This document shows, piece after piece, positions 1 through 12,431 of a stretch of DNA of 64,000 bases. Source of the DNA: Felis catus. Taxonomy: Eukaryota. How positions within the stretch are numbered: position 1 is the stretch's first letter; each line of letters opens with the position of its first letter. The notes under the pieces are model-generated. The model saw only the letters and a program-made list of their open reading frames with translations. It was not told where the DNA came from and did no database searches. The position numbers were made by a program, and so were the translations under genes. The stretch lies in contig NC_058368.1 in NCBI RefSeq assembly GCF_018350175.1, forward strand, positions 6,200,001-6,264,000. Reading direction: 5' to 3'.

Positions 1-645
1 ATAACAGCTGATTGAGGCAAACTTAAATGAGATTTCCATTGATTTTAATTATTATTGTGAATGTCGTGCTTATTCTAAAGCGTGTTTACTTAAATAACCA
101 ATTGGAAGTTTTCCTTGAAAATATTTGATTGTTTGTAAACAATGTTTGATTTCTTGACAAATGCCACATTTGCTTAATTTTGATATTAATGTTGAGCATA
201 CACAATGGACTGCATTCTATCATATGTAAATAATGAAAAAGTAGCCTGCTTGATTTTACTAAATGGCAGCTGCAAATGTCGTACATTTTATAAAGACACG
301 TTACAAGTTGGCAATAAAAATGCTGCTATTTGGTTTACATGTTGCTTGTCAGGCTACTTTTACATTCTGAATGAGTCTTTTCAGATACTTTATCAACACA
401 CTGCTAGAATATTTTTAGTCAAATTTCTCACCAATCAAGAAGGGTTATTCTAAATAATCTCGTCAAGGTTTTTGGTTTTTGTTTTTTTTAAGAGTTTAAG
501 ACGATATTTTTGAGTGATCCTGAAAATTCAGTAGAAGTAGAGGATTATCAGAGTTTTGAGTCTGATATATCTTTTCTGTTTTTCTCTTCTTTTGACATAA
601 TTGATGGGATACCATCATTATATCATTTACATAACTGCTTGGATA

Positions 646-856
646 TTTTTTAAAAATGTTTTGTTTACTTCGAAGGAGAGAAAGAGAGTGTGCTTAAGCG
701 GGGGCGGGGCAGAGGGAGGGAGAAGGAGAGAGAATCCCAAGCAGGCTCCATGGTGTCAGCACAGAGCCTGACACAGGGCTCAGTCTTATGGCAAGATCAT
801 GACCTGAGCCAAAATCAAGAGTCAGATGCTTAATGGACTGAGCCAACAGGTGCCCC
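646..856 (-). mobile_element. Can-SINE/SINEC (older)
   Basis: T-rich tail, (GA)n tract, ends ...CAGGTGCCCC; flanking AACTGCTT repeat. Confidence 0.85.
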
Positions 857-1494
857 AACTGCTTCCATTTTTTATAAACAAAATTGACTATCATCCAGAG
901 CAGTGTGTTTCCAAAAACAGGACAGATTTGGGAAGGTTTTGTTTAAAGGACTTTTGAATCATATTTAAGACAAGAATTTACCAGGTCCCTGATACAAGTT
1001 ATTACTACTGGATATAGTGTTAATATATCCTTTTTCTCTTTTGGCCTTTAGACTTTTACATTAGGAAAAGAGAAATACATACTGTCTATAGTCAAAATAC
1101 CAAGAAATGCTTTTTCTAAAAATAAGTTTCAGAATTTTTTGTATTATATTCTGAAAAACATAAAAATTAATATTCCAGTCTAGCTTTCTAATAGTAGAGT
1201 CAGGCCTTTTAGAGTATTAGAGTATTATATTGTCTTCTAGACTAATGAAGATTTGTCAAAGTAATTTAATCTTTAAAGATAGAGTATATTAGATAAGGTT
1301 TTGTCTTATCTCAGCTAAAATTGTTATCTAAACCTGTTTAGATCACAGGCTCCCTTGGCCAGATATATCTTTCCGTCTTTTTCAGTTTGATAACTGTATG
1401 TCTTTACTGGATACAAGCAAATGAGAAATGGTTATATAAGAGGGTAAAAGTAAGTCGTCCTACAGAAATAAGCACATGCAGCTAGCCATATTTC

Positions 1495-1755
1495 TTTTTT
1501 TTTTTTTACATGGTTTTTTTTTTTTAATTTTTTTTTTTCGACGTTTATTTATTTTTGGGACAGAGAGAGACAGAGCATGAACGGGGGAGGGGCAGAGAGA
1601 GAGGGAGACACAGAATCGGAAACAGGCTCCAGGCTCTGAGCCATCAGCCCAGAGCCTGACGCGGGGCTCGAACTCACGGACCGCGAGATCGTGACCTGGT
1701 TGAAGTCGCTTCAACGGTTGAGGACGCTTAACCGACTGCGCCACCCAGGTGCCCC
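1495..1755 (-). mobile_element. SINEC_Fc-like young SINE with 18-bp TSD
   Basis: TSD TGCAGCTAGCCATATTTC at 1477-1494 and 1757-1774; felid SINE body. Confidence 0.93.
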
Positions 1756-2789
1756 GTGCAGCTAGCCATATTTCAAAGTCAGTTCAACATAAAAGTGCAG
1801 GACTTTGAGTAAATTTTTATAAATGTTCTAATCAACACATAGGATTTTTTTTTTTTTGATTGAGTAAAACTAAAAGTTTCCTCAGGTACAATTAGATATG
1901 AAATTAGTAATAGTTATTGAATTAACTGTTGAAGAAATATTTCTTTATTAAAGTTTCCTGCCCCTAGTACAGTTAGGATTTTACTTGTTTTTCAGAGTGT
2001 CCCTTTGTTGTAATAACCTATGTCCATTTTTATTATTTATGTATAATTTGCCTTCAGATATATATCATGCCATAGATATAATACTTTTAAGTAGGTGTAT
2101 AATCTAAGGATCCCTAACTCCCTTTGCCACAATAGATGTGTGAGTTTCTAAGATTAGTTTCAATTCTCTGAATTCATGGCCTTTTCAAACTACAGATAGG
2201 CTTGTAATTTAGGTCAGTACAATTCAAGATGCCTATTTAACGAAAATGTAAATGATGGGAGATAGACTGCTAATTTTTTTAATCATTAGTTTAAAAATCT
2301 GGGTATGTAAACACCATATACCATTTGAAATGAAGAGCATTTTTTTGTGTTCCCTAATTTCATAAACTAATAGAATAGACTATAAAGTTGGAAGGCATCT
2401 TAGAAGTGACCATTCCCATTCCTTACCCGGTGTAGTGATTCTTGGTAATGCATGCGGCAGTAACCATGCTGTCACCATTCAGCATTTCCAGCAGTGACTA
2501 GTGTTCTGTCTTAGTACGGTACACTTGTTACATAGCTGTAGGCCTCACGAGGTAGAGTCAAAAAATCAGAATGTATGACCCTGACCTCTCTCTTCTTCTG
2601 ATTGATCTTCTCTTTTATTTTTATTTTTTTTTCCTTTTGATTAACACCGGCTGGCAAAATCAGGTAGTCTGGGCCTTCATGGTAAGGAGGAAGAGGAGAA
2701 TCTAAAAATAAAAAAGTAGGTAAAAGGTAGGAAGAAGTAAAGAATAACAACAGAAAAAATTAAGAAGAAAAATAAAGGGTTGCATTCAC

Positions 2790-2956
2790 CCTCGTGGGAC
2801 TGAGCCCTGCGTCGGGCTCCATGCTGAGTGTGGAGCCCTATTTAAGATTCTTTCTCTTCCCCTGCCCCCTCCCCAACTCCTGCAGGTGCGCGCGCGCGCG
2901 CTCTCTCTCTCTCTCTCTCTCTCTCAAATAAATAAATAAATAAATAAATAAATAAA
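2790..2956 (+). mobile_element. 5'-truncated Can-SINE
   Basis: GAGCCCTGCGTCGGGCTCC body, (CG)n(CT)n, (TAAA)n tail. Confidence 0.85.
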
Positions 2957-3118
2957 TCATTCCTTTTGATCTAGCAATCCTACTTTTAACACTCTCTTAT
3001 GCATATTGATAATGACAAATTGAAAAAATGTACCTGTGTAACAACTGGAAAATGTGCAAATTGTAACACGCAGAAAAATTGACCTATTGTGTAGCCATTT
3101 AAAATTATGTTCATGGGT

Positions 3119-3340
3119 GGGGGAGCCTGGGGGTCTCAGTCGATCGTCTGACTTCGGCTCAGGTCATCATCTCATGGCTCGTGAGTTTGAGACCCTTGTG
3201 CTAACAGCTCGGAGCCTGGAGCCTGCTTTGGATTCTCTGTGTCCCTCTCTCTCTCTCTCTCTCTCTGCCCCTCCCTCGCTCCTGCTCCTGCTGTCTCTCT
3301 CCCTCTCTCCCTCAAAAATAAATAAACATTAAAGAAAAAT
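3119..3340 (+). mobile_element. SINEC
   Basis: GGGGAGCCTGGGGGTCTCAGTCG head, (CT)n, A tail; TSD-like AAATTATGTTYATGGG on both sides. Confidence 0.88.
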
Positions 3341-3350
3341 CTTTTTAAAT

Positions 3351-3602
3351 TATGTTTATGGGGGAAGGGAAACAAAAATGAGATAAAAACAGGGAGGCAA
3401 ACCATAAGAGGCTCTTAAATACAGAGAACGAACCGAGGGCTCTGCTAAGGGGAGGGGCTAAATGGGTGATGGGCATTAGGGAGGGTACTTGGGATGAGCA
3501 CTCAGTGTTGTATGTAAGTGATGGATCACTGAATTCTGCTCCTGAAATCATTATTACATTATGTTTTAACTAACTTGGATTTAAGTGTAAAAAAGTAATA
3601 AA
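3351..3602 (+). mobile_element. Carnivore L1 3' end fragment
   Basis: GGGAGGCAAACCATAAGAG...GGGATGAGCACT...CCTGAAATCATTATTACA, typical of carnivore L1 3'UTR. Confidence 0.8.
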
Positions 3603-3740
3603 ATTATGGTAAGTGTAAGTAATGTTGTTATAACGTTAAGAGAGAAAGCAGATCTCAACATAGTGGAAGTAAAATACTGAGTGAAAAATACGTCAACAAA
3701 AGAAAATATACGAAAATATTATGGTTAAATCTGGATGGTA

Positions 3741-3955
3741 GGGGCGCCTGGGTGGTTCAGTCGGTTAAACGGCCGACTTCAGCTCAGGTCATGATCTCAT
3801 AGTTTGTGAGTTCCAGCCCCGCATTGACCTCTGTGCTGACAGCTTGGAGCCTGGAGCCTGCTTCGGATTCTGTCTCTCTGTCTGCCCCTCCCCAACTCTC
3901 TTGCTCACTCTCTCTCTCTCAAAAACAAATATTAAAAAAAATATTTTAAAAAAAT
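3741..3955 (+). mobile_element. SINEC_Fc
   Basis: GGGGCGCCTGGGTGGTTCAGTCGGTTAA head, CT tract, A tail. Confidence 0.9.
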
Positions 3956-4942
3956 GAGATATTTATTCTAGTTTTAGCTGGAGATAAATTCCTAACCAAG
4001 TAAATTCCTGACTATCACTAAAGATATGATAGATATGCTGAAATGTAAAAACAAGAGTAAAAATACTCTTATAGAAAACAATAGTATAAATGCTCTTATA
4101 AAATATAAAACGTAAAGTTTGTAGCAAGAAGAAAGTAATATATTAGAAAAATGGCAAAAATAATTGAATCTACCTTTACTAACTAGAATATAGAGAATTG
4201 ATGTGAATATTTAAGTTTAGTAACCTAAGCCTCCTTAGGTAAATCTAGAGAGAGTAAATCATAACATGCGTATCAATGAAAGATCCTCAAATTAAAATAT
4301 TTAAGTTATGTATCAAGCTAATAAAAATTATAAAATCTTACATGGATACACATTGCTTTTGGTTTTGAGGATTGCTTTTATCATACTTAATGGTATAAAA
4401 GAATGTTGAATTTGTAAAATTGATACTTGAACCTTTCAAGGGCAAAATCTGTTAATGTGTATCCAAAAAAACCTTAAGAATGTTTATAACATTTATGCAA
4501 ATAATTAGACTTTCTAGGAATTTATCATAGGTACATACAGAAATGTTTGTTATGGCATTATTTTTCTTTTATTAAGAAACTAGGAACAACCTCAACATTT
4601 TAATAGGAGATAATTGGTATAAGTTACAGGGAATCCATATGATTCATGAAGATTATATCAGGAAAGTAATTTTCAGACTAAAAAATTTTCATGATATACT
4701 AGTAAGGAAGGAGGGTACAAACAATATATTTAGTATAATGCCATTTTTTATTTTTATATGGAGGAAAAAATAAAAAGGCATGATAATGTTTATAGTGGCC
4801 CTCTGTTAGTTTAGAGATTATATACAGTTGCTTTGTTTTCAGTCGTCTATTATCAAGCACATTATACTTTCTTTATTTCCCAAGTTATATCCATTGAGCA
4901 TGTATCCACCTTTGAAATTTAAAAAACAAAACAAACTTTTGT

Positions 4943-5126
4943 GGGGCACCTGGGTGGCTCAGTTGGTTAAGCATCCAACTCTTGATTTCAGCTCACGGTT
5001 CATGAGATCGAGCTTAGTGTCGGGCTCTGGGCTGACAGCAGAGCCTGCTTGGGATGCTGTCTCCCCCTCTCTGTCTGTCTGTCTGTCTGTCTGTGTCTCT
5101 CAAAATAAACAAACATTAAAGAAAAA
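4943..5126 (+). mobile_element. SINEC
   Basis: GGGGCACCTGGGTGGCTCAGTTGGTTAAG head; (TCTG)n; A tail. Confidence 0.88.
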
Positions 5127-5565
5127 CTTCTGGTTTTAGAACAATAAAGCTCTTGATATTACTTGGTCTGATAATTCTACATTTGAGATTTCATCCCAAG
5201 GAAATTACCTGGTGTATGTGTCAGGGTGTTTGGGGTTTGAGGGGAGGCAAGTATAATTTATACAAACATTGTCAATGGGAGCATCGTCAGGGTTGATTCC
5301 AGAAGTGGGGTTTGGGGCAAGTACAACCAGCTGTCTATTAATAGAAAAATACAATGTAGTTAGTAAGTGTAATGTATAAACATCCAGATTTGTCCAGAAA
5401 ATAATACTTGGGAAGACAACACAAAACAGTATTACTCACTGATTACTGTTATACTATCAAATATACAAATTAATATTGTTTAGAATAGTATTTGGAATTA
5501 CAGTGATTTTCAGATTTAAATATAAATTATGTATACTTTTTTTTAGTAAATTTAGTTAAATTCTT

Positions 5566-5939
5566 TTTTTTAATTTTATTTTTTATCTTTTAAAATTTGC
5601 ATCCAAATTAGCATATAGTGCAACAATGATTTCAGGAGTAGATTCCTTAATGCCCCTTCCCCATTTAGCCCATCCCGCCTCCCACAACCCCTCCCTCCAG
5701 TAACCCTCAGTTCTCCATATTTATGAGTCTCTTCTGTTTTGTCCCCCTCCCTGTTTTTATATTATTTTTGTTTCCCTTCCCTTATGTTCATCTGTTTTGT
5801 CTCTTAAAGTTCTCATATGAGTGAAGTCATACGATTTTCGTCTTTCTCTAATTTCACTTAGCATAATACCCTCCAGTTCCATCCCTGTAGTTGCAAATGG
5901 CAAGATGTCATTCTTTTTGATTGCCAAGTAATACTCCAG

Positions 5940-5992
<53 letters not shown>

Positions 5993-5993
5993 G

Positions 5994-6039
<46 letters not shown>

Positions 6040-6276
6040 CATCTTCTTTATCCATTCATCCATCGATGGACATTTGGGCTCTTTCCATACTTTGGCTATT
6101 GTTGATAGCGCTGCTATAAACATGGGGGTGCCTGTGTCCCTTCGAAACCGCACACCTGTATCCCGTGGATAAATGCCTAGTAGTGCAATTGCTGGGCGAT
6201 AGGGTAGTTCTATTTTTAGTTTTTTGAGGAACCTCCATACTGTTTTCCAGAGTGGCTGCACCAGCTTGCATTCCCA
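5566..6276 (-). mobile_element. 5'-truncated young felid L1 (end of ORF2 plus 3'UTR) with 18-bp TSD
   Basis: TSD AAATTTAGTTAAATTCTT at 5548-5565 and 6277-6294; minus ORF 5908..6261 reads [20 protein letters not shown]...PMFIAALSTIAKVWKEPKCPSMDEWIKKM, the L1 ORF2p C-terminus. Confidence 0.95.
5941..6037. repeat. (TG)24-spacer-(CA)19 inverted microsatellite within L1
   Basis: Read directly. Confidence 0.95.
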
Positions 6277-9200
6277 AAATTTAGTTAAATTCTTAATAAT
6301 GAAACTGGAACTATTTTGAAAACTAAAAGATTTTTGATATCCTGTCTCTGCCCCTTAATACCTCTCCCTTAAGATGTATTTGATCTCCTTAATGTTACTC
6401 AGTTTTCTAGTCTTCGAGTAATAGGTACTTTTTTTCTTATTGGGCACTTTATTAGATTCTTTGCTTAAACTATGGTTACAACATACCTTAAAACTTTACA
6501 AAAATACAATTAAATAAATCCAACTTGGAAAATACATTTCCATCTATAAGAAAATATACACATATATGTATTAATATGTGCACCCACACATTCTTTATTA
6601 GGAACAAATGAGATCTAGCTTTGCTTTAAAATTAAAGTTTACTTCTGTTGCCATGTTTCTGTTCTGTGCCCCCATGTTTCATTGTTAATGACATGAATAT
6701 TGTTTCTGGTAGTCTGTGACAGTAAGAAAATGACTGTTGTGTCAGTGAAAATAGGACATTATATTCCAGATTGATCTTGTTGCACTTAAACTAGTATTTT
6801 ATGCCTCAGTTGCCTAAAATGGACAGGTTAAGAATTTTGTAAGTTAAAAATTCAAAATTTATAGTTTTACAAGATAGCAATTTTAAACTAATAATGTGAA
6901 TCATGTTTATTATCAGAAATACTTATGATGATCTTATTCACAACTTGGTGAAAGACCATTTTATTTACTTTTGTATCACCTAGATGAAAACAAAAAGTAG
7001 AGTAGTAGTCTGGACTGGAGGGATGTAGGAGAGGCTTATTGAGAAGAATTGTCATCTGTTATTAGCATGATTACTGCCATGTAGTTAATGCTTGTTTCAA
7101 AGTATCTTGATTAGCATTGACTCTGACAAAGAACCTAATTCCATTCTCCCTAAAAGAGGACTTGTTAGGTAAGTAAAAGATTCGTCAGTGCACCCATGTG
7201 TTTCGATGCCCTGGTGCATGCTGTCTCCATCCCCCGAGAGGGTGCAGACCCAGCCTTGCACTGGTTTAGTAGAGGACATTAGTAAATTCTGGAGGCACCG
7301 TCTCCCGTTGCTTATCTTCCAGACCAGCTCCTGAGCTTTCACACGTCAGCTGTCATCACCTGTCATCACCTGTGCAAATCCTGTCCTTGCCTGAATTTAC
7401 CCTACCCATTAGTCTAAACTGTCTGCCCCTGGCTTGCTGCTCTGTTGATCTCTAGGCCTCACTGCCTCTTAGTTCCTCAAATACAGGGATAAATGTAGAG
7501 TATTTGAACTGTTGACTGTAGAGGATGAAGTTACTGGTTATAAAGTAACATCTGTTTTCTCATCAGGAAGCAGAATTTGTTAAAAAATTCTATATGGTTT
7601 TTTTTTTTTTTCGAATTTATACAAAGAGCAAGAATTAACTTTACTAGAGTAGTTGATAATTTCTTCTTTAGCTTAAAGATGTTCAGCAGCAATACTGGGG
7701 TAAAATTTAATATTAGAGGTAAAAAATTAAAATTCACAGCTTGGAAGAAAAAGTGAAACTATTATAAATGGTCTTCCAGACTTTATTCACTGGATTTCCA
7801 AATTTCTAACTCGACTCCTTACAAGGTTTCTTACAAAACAGTTTTTTAAATAACCGAATATATGTCTATTTAAGACTTTGCTGCTCATGTTTGAATCTCA
7901 TATATGTATATCAGAGTTAAAGTTTTTAGTATGTATTGTACATATTGATTAACAACCAAGCTGAAAGTTATTATCTAGAATGTGTGTCCCCAGAAAGTGT
8001 ACAATGTTTTGTGAAAGTTAAATTCTGAATAAATCTTAGAGAACAGCACTGGCAGTGGTTTCTTATGGGTAGCTGTATTTTGTTTTTTGTGTTTTTTTTT
8101 TTTAATAGATCCATCAAGAATCAAACTTTCCTGTTGACTGCAAGTCTCCATTTTGCCTTGACACATTAGTGTGCATATGAAGACCCCATTTTCACCCCTA
8201 AAATAAGGTCTTGGCAGTTATCGGGACAGATAGGCTATCATTCTCCACTTCTGCACCTCTGTCAGATATATCTGATATTGGCAGTTTCCTGATCAGCCCA
8301 ATTCTTGTCTTTCTCAAGATAGAGCTCCCTGCAGTCTTTAACCTTTTTTTTTTTTTTTAAATCAGGATTGACCCCTGAAATGAAACCAATTTGCCATCTC
8401 TGCTGTGTGCCAAAGTCATCAGTGAACTATTTCACAGCATGACAAATTCTAGAGAAGAGAATGCCTCTACATGAATGGTTTTCTCTGTAATACAAACATC
8501 TTGCTTTAGGAAATAATTGAGTTTTGGGGGAAGCATACCAACAGAAAACAAGAAAAGCCATAAGCCTGTCCTATAAAACAAGGACATGTTCTTTTAATTA
8601 CAAACAAGTTTTTGTTTTGTTTTGTTTTGTTTTTTTCTGGGAGAAACAAAACAGCAATAGAAAGATATTATAGTTTCAAACAAGAAGTATACTTCAGGTA
8701 TCTCATTGATTTATTTCATTGTTCAATAGGCAATAAAAGGTGCTCTGTAATGTCTGTGCATAGCATAGCTATATTTGAAGATGTTGCTATGATGTAATAA
8801 TACTTCTAACACATTGGACCTCTGATCTCCATAGCAAAAATATAGTTTAATAGAGTACATGCCTCATTAAAATGTAAAATTCTATACATGCTTTCAAAGT
8901 GATTGTGTTGGATAGCATATAAAAGATAATGGACTGTTTATCACAGTTCTGGTTATTACTAATTTGATTCATGTATTGTCACTAACTACTTGGAAGTTTT
9001 GGCTCTAGAGCTAAAAATCCCTACCAGATTCTCCTAGTAGACAAAGAAGAAAGAAAAAAGAAATTAGCTTTTTGGGGGAATATTATGTGAGTGTACTACA
9101 AACAAAAATTATCAAGTCTTTGAAGCCTTCCTTAATACTGATTAAGCAACAAAACAGAAATAATAACAAAAGTACTTTTGATCTTTAGGGCCTTTCTTCC

Positions 9201-9869
9201 TGTTTTCTCTTGAGACTTCCATTAGATTGTATTGATAAAAGAAATTTAGTGTTAGATTTACCTACTGAATCAAAACATCATACCCTGGGGCTTATAGAAG
9301 GCTACCGTGGAAAATAACATGAGGAGGGCCCCGTTGTGTATAGTGTTACTGAAACAACACAACACCATTCTCTTTTGCTTGTGACTATATAGCATGGCCC
9401 AAACTGAATTTTAAATTTACTTACAGAGGTAATGTTGGTAATGGCTTTTATCCCCAAGACCTGCTTCAGATCATAAATAGGCAGTGAGTTGCCTAGAAAA
9501 GCAATTTGTAACTATTAACTAGAGCTGTGGCCCCAAGCCCCAGTATTAGACCAGACCTTGACAGAGAAGCTGTGTATTCCCCACCCCATGCTGAAACCCA
9601 AGTTTGGAACTCGACCAGTCTGATGAGTCTAGAACAGAACGAGGAGCAAGAGAGGGTGTTTGTCCCCCTTTACCTTGTAGCATGCTGACTGATGCCACTC
9701 ACCCTAGGGCTTCTCAGCTATGGGCCCAGCTGCTGAATGAGTAAGAAAAAAAAAAAAAAAAAGATTTTCCACTACATCTAAAATAAAAGGAGGAGAGAGA
9801 TGTCCATGTGCTCTGCTCTTGCCAGATATGGAGATTGCATTTTAGGATTGAGCACTGAAGTGTGGTAAA

Positions 9870-10050
9870 AGTCCATCACAGCAAACCAGTTAAGCAACCT
9901 GCATCTCTGGAGAAGGGGGTGGGACTTAGGGTATGGCTGAGGAGCAGGGGCCGTGGGTGAAGGAAGGGTCTTTAACGTTTAGTTTAGACGTGACTTTATG
10001 GTCTGAATTGTTTACAATCAGAATGTATTCGTGTACTATTTATGTCATTA
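9870..10050 (+). mobile_element. Ancient L1ME-like 3' end remnant
   Basis: G-rich stretch followed by TTTACAATCAGAATGTATTCGTGTACTATTTATG; recalled similarity only. Confidence 0.5.
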
Positions 10051-11003
10051 AGGGGGGGTGTGGGGAGAGAATCAGATTTTGCCAAATAACAAAGGAAAGG
10101 TCTTTGGGGACAGAAGTAATGGGATAGCAATGACTTAGTTTTGAAAGGTCTAGTCACAGGACACTGAAAACAGTGTGGCAGGAACAGTGTGGGTGGTGGC
10201 AGGTGGGCCGGGAAAGATTGGTGGGAAGGGGCTTGCAGGTGCCTTGCATCCCCTCATAAGGGCTTTGGGTCTTATTCACAGGTGGTGAGAGGCTAAAGTA
10301 GAAATAATATTTTAGTAATAATGCATGGCAAAAGAATTCAAAGACTTTTGAAAGGTTCACCTACACCACTGTCACCAACTCTTTCGGTTCTTCTAGTTCT
10401 TACTCATTGTACTTTTTTTAAAACCTATTTGTAATCACAGTCTATATATCATTTTGTGTTGTGCTGTTTTCACCCAATCTTGTAAGAATTTTCCGTGTTG
10501 CTGTGGAAGATTTTAGGCAAGGGAGTCACATGATCAGCTTCCTTTCTTAGAAAGGTGACCCTGGCCACATTGCAGAAGATGGATTTGATGGGGAAAGAAT
10601 CCTACTGGGGCTAAAGAGTAGGGAATGGGTTCAAGAGATGTTTAGGGAGTTCTGCCCCAGTGGACCATAAGAGAGTTCTAGCGCAGGCATGGAAGTTCCC
10701 TCCTAAGCCCACATTGGTAGTTGAGAGCAAGCCTCTCCCCTCTGCCAAGTAGAAATGCTGCCTGATTCCTCTTGGAAAGCCCTCCTGGGCCTTCAACACT
10801 TTACACTAGTCTCAGAGATCTGACTTCATTTTGAAGTAGGCTGAGCTCTGAAAGTCTCTGCAGAGTGTAACCCAGGGGTGATTGATGAACATGGTGCACA
10901 AAAGCAATTTTATTTGTGCTAGGCAGTAGTTACAGGTAGCTCCTGGGGAGTATTGTTAGTGCTGTACTTCCTTTTGGTACCTTGCAGGTTATCCCAGGGG
11001 GTC

Positions 11004-11006
<3 letters not shown>

Positions 11007-11052
<46 letters not shown>
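11007..11052. repeat. (TG)23 microsatellite
   Basis: Read directly. Confidence 0.95.
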
Positions 11053-11056
<4 letters not shown>

Positions 11057-11204
11057 ATAGAGGTTCCAAAACCTTTTTCTTGAAGGAAACATTATCATTA
11101 TCATTGTTATTGTTATTATAGTATGCATTAATTGAAAAACTTGATTCACAAAGTTACTTTCAAAATGATGTATTAGGAAGGGAGCATTAGGCTTATGACA
11201 TGGG

Positions 11205-11310
11205 GTAGATTCTACTGTTGCCCCAGTCTTGTAGATTATATTTACAGGGCAAGTCCTTTAATCTCTCTGGTGCCTAGTTTCCGCACCTTGAAAAATGTAG
11301 GGAGTTGTAA
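11205..11310 (+). mobile_element. MIR fragment
   Basis: GGGCAAGTCCTTTAATCTCTCTGGTGCCTAGTTTCCGCACCTTGAAAAATG, MIR core. Confidence 0.65.
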
Positions 11311-12373
11311 TTTCTGAAATGTATATGCTACCATTTCAGCAGTTCTTTTCTTTTTGCTGGGGAAAAAATTTTGATCTGTAGTAGTTGATAGAATAATATA
11401 TTCTATGTTCCATTTTGTCAGTAATAGCATGGAGGCTGTTACCAAATATGGTTAGGCAAGCCTGTGAATTGGTTACTACTGTAAACAGCTTTCATAAAAA
11501 TCTTTAATTTTAAGGTTCCTTTGATCTATTTGAAGGGCGTTCTGATCTAGTTTCACTTCTCTTTAGCAGACTGGTAGAATTAAAGACCAAGTAGACAGGC
11601 TAGCAGGGTGAGAAAGTTTTGGGGGTTGCTCTCCCCCCGCGACCCCTTCCCTTTCTTCTTCCCCTCTTACTTCTTGCTGAGGAGGGGGCGAACCTCACAT
11701 GTCAGTATAGTAGGTATCACTCACTCTAACAGATTGTAGATGACAGTTAGAGACTATAACACTGTCTGAAATTTTACTTCTGTAAAATCTCCCTTTAAAT
11801 TTTAGCTTCTCTTTTTATTTAAACATAAAAACCTCGAAGCCATTGAGGTCATAGAGAATTCCTCTTAACTTTGCTAATTCATGTAGGAAAGACTTTAGTA
11901 AATTGATTTCTCTAGAATTTGTTTAAACATAGGTACATACTTTGCCATTTCAAAAGAAAAGAACAGAGATATCAGGTGGCTCCTTCCCTCCTTCCTTTTA
12001 CTTAGATTGAAGTCATCTTTGAAGATAACATTTTCCCTTAAAGTTGCAGGGCATTTTATATATAAGTTGGCGGGAAGCACAATATTTAAACTTCCTGTCA
12101 GATGCTCCACAGTAGTGAAAACAGACTGATAAAAGGGCCAAGAAAAGCCTTCGCTCTACATGCAGAAGAGCACTGCCATATTTGGGCCTTCATGAAGTTT
12201 GCATATTGCTTTGCATATATACACAAAGTTTCCTTGGTGACTTCCTGTGTTCGATTTTAATTTTTGAGTGAATGAGGTTTTTTAAAGGTGGATTTATGTT
12301 ATATTGGCATATTGTCTATTTAAAAGAAACCACTACTGTCTACTGAAAAAAAAACACTATTTTGTTTCCACAG

Positions 12374-12431
12374 AAACCTGCTAATATTTTAGTTATGGGT
12401 GAAGGTCCTGAGCGAGGAAGAGTAAAAATTG
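12374..12431 (+). CDS. CDK8: CDK8 coding exon 5 (58 nt)
   Basis: ttccacag|AAACCTGCT...AAAATTG|gtatgt; encodes KPANILVMGEGPERGRVKI, the CDK8 sequence following the HRDL catalytic motif. Confidence 0.97.

Noticed and set aside
1460..1744. Recurrent 'MAQSVKRP...' ORFs here and at other SINEs
   Set aside because: Translations of the SINEC consensus.
5757..6277. ORFs with CVCV/HTHT runs
   Set aside because: Truncated L1 ORF2 C-terminus plus microsatellite; not a functional gene.
7340..7372. CTGTCATCAC tandem duplication with E-boxes
   Set aside because: Short slippage duplication, expected by chance; a similar 12-bp duplication occurs at ~23838.
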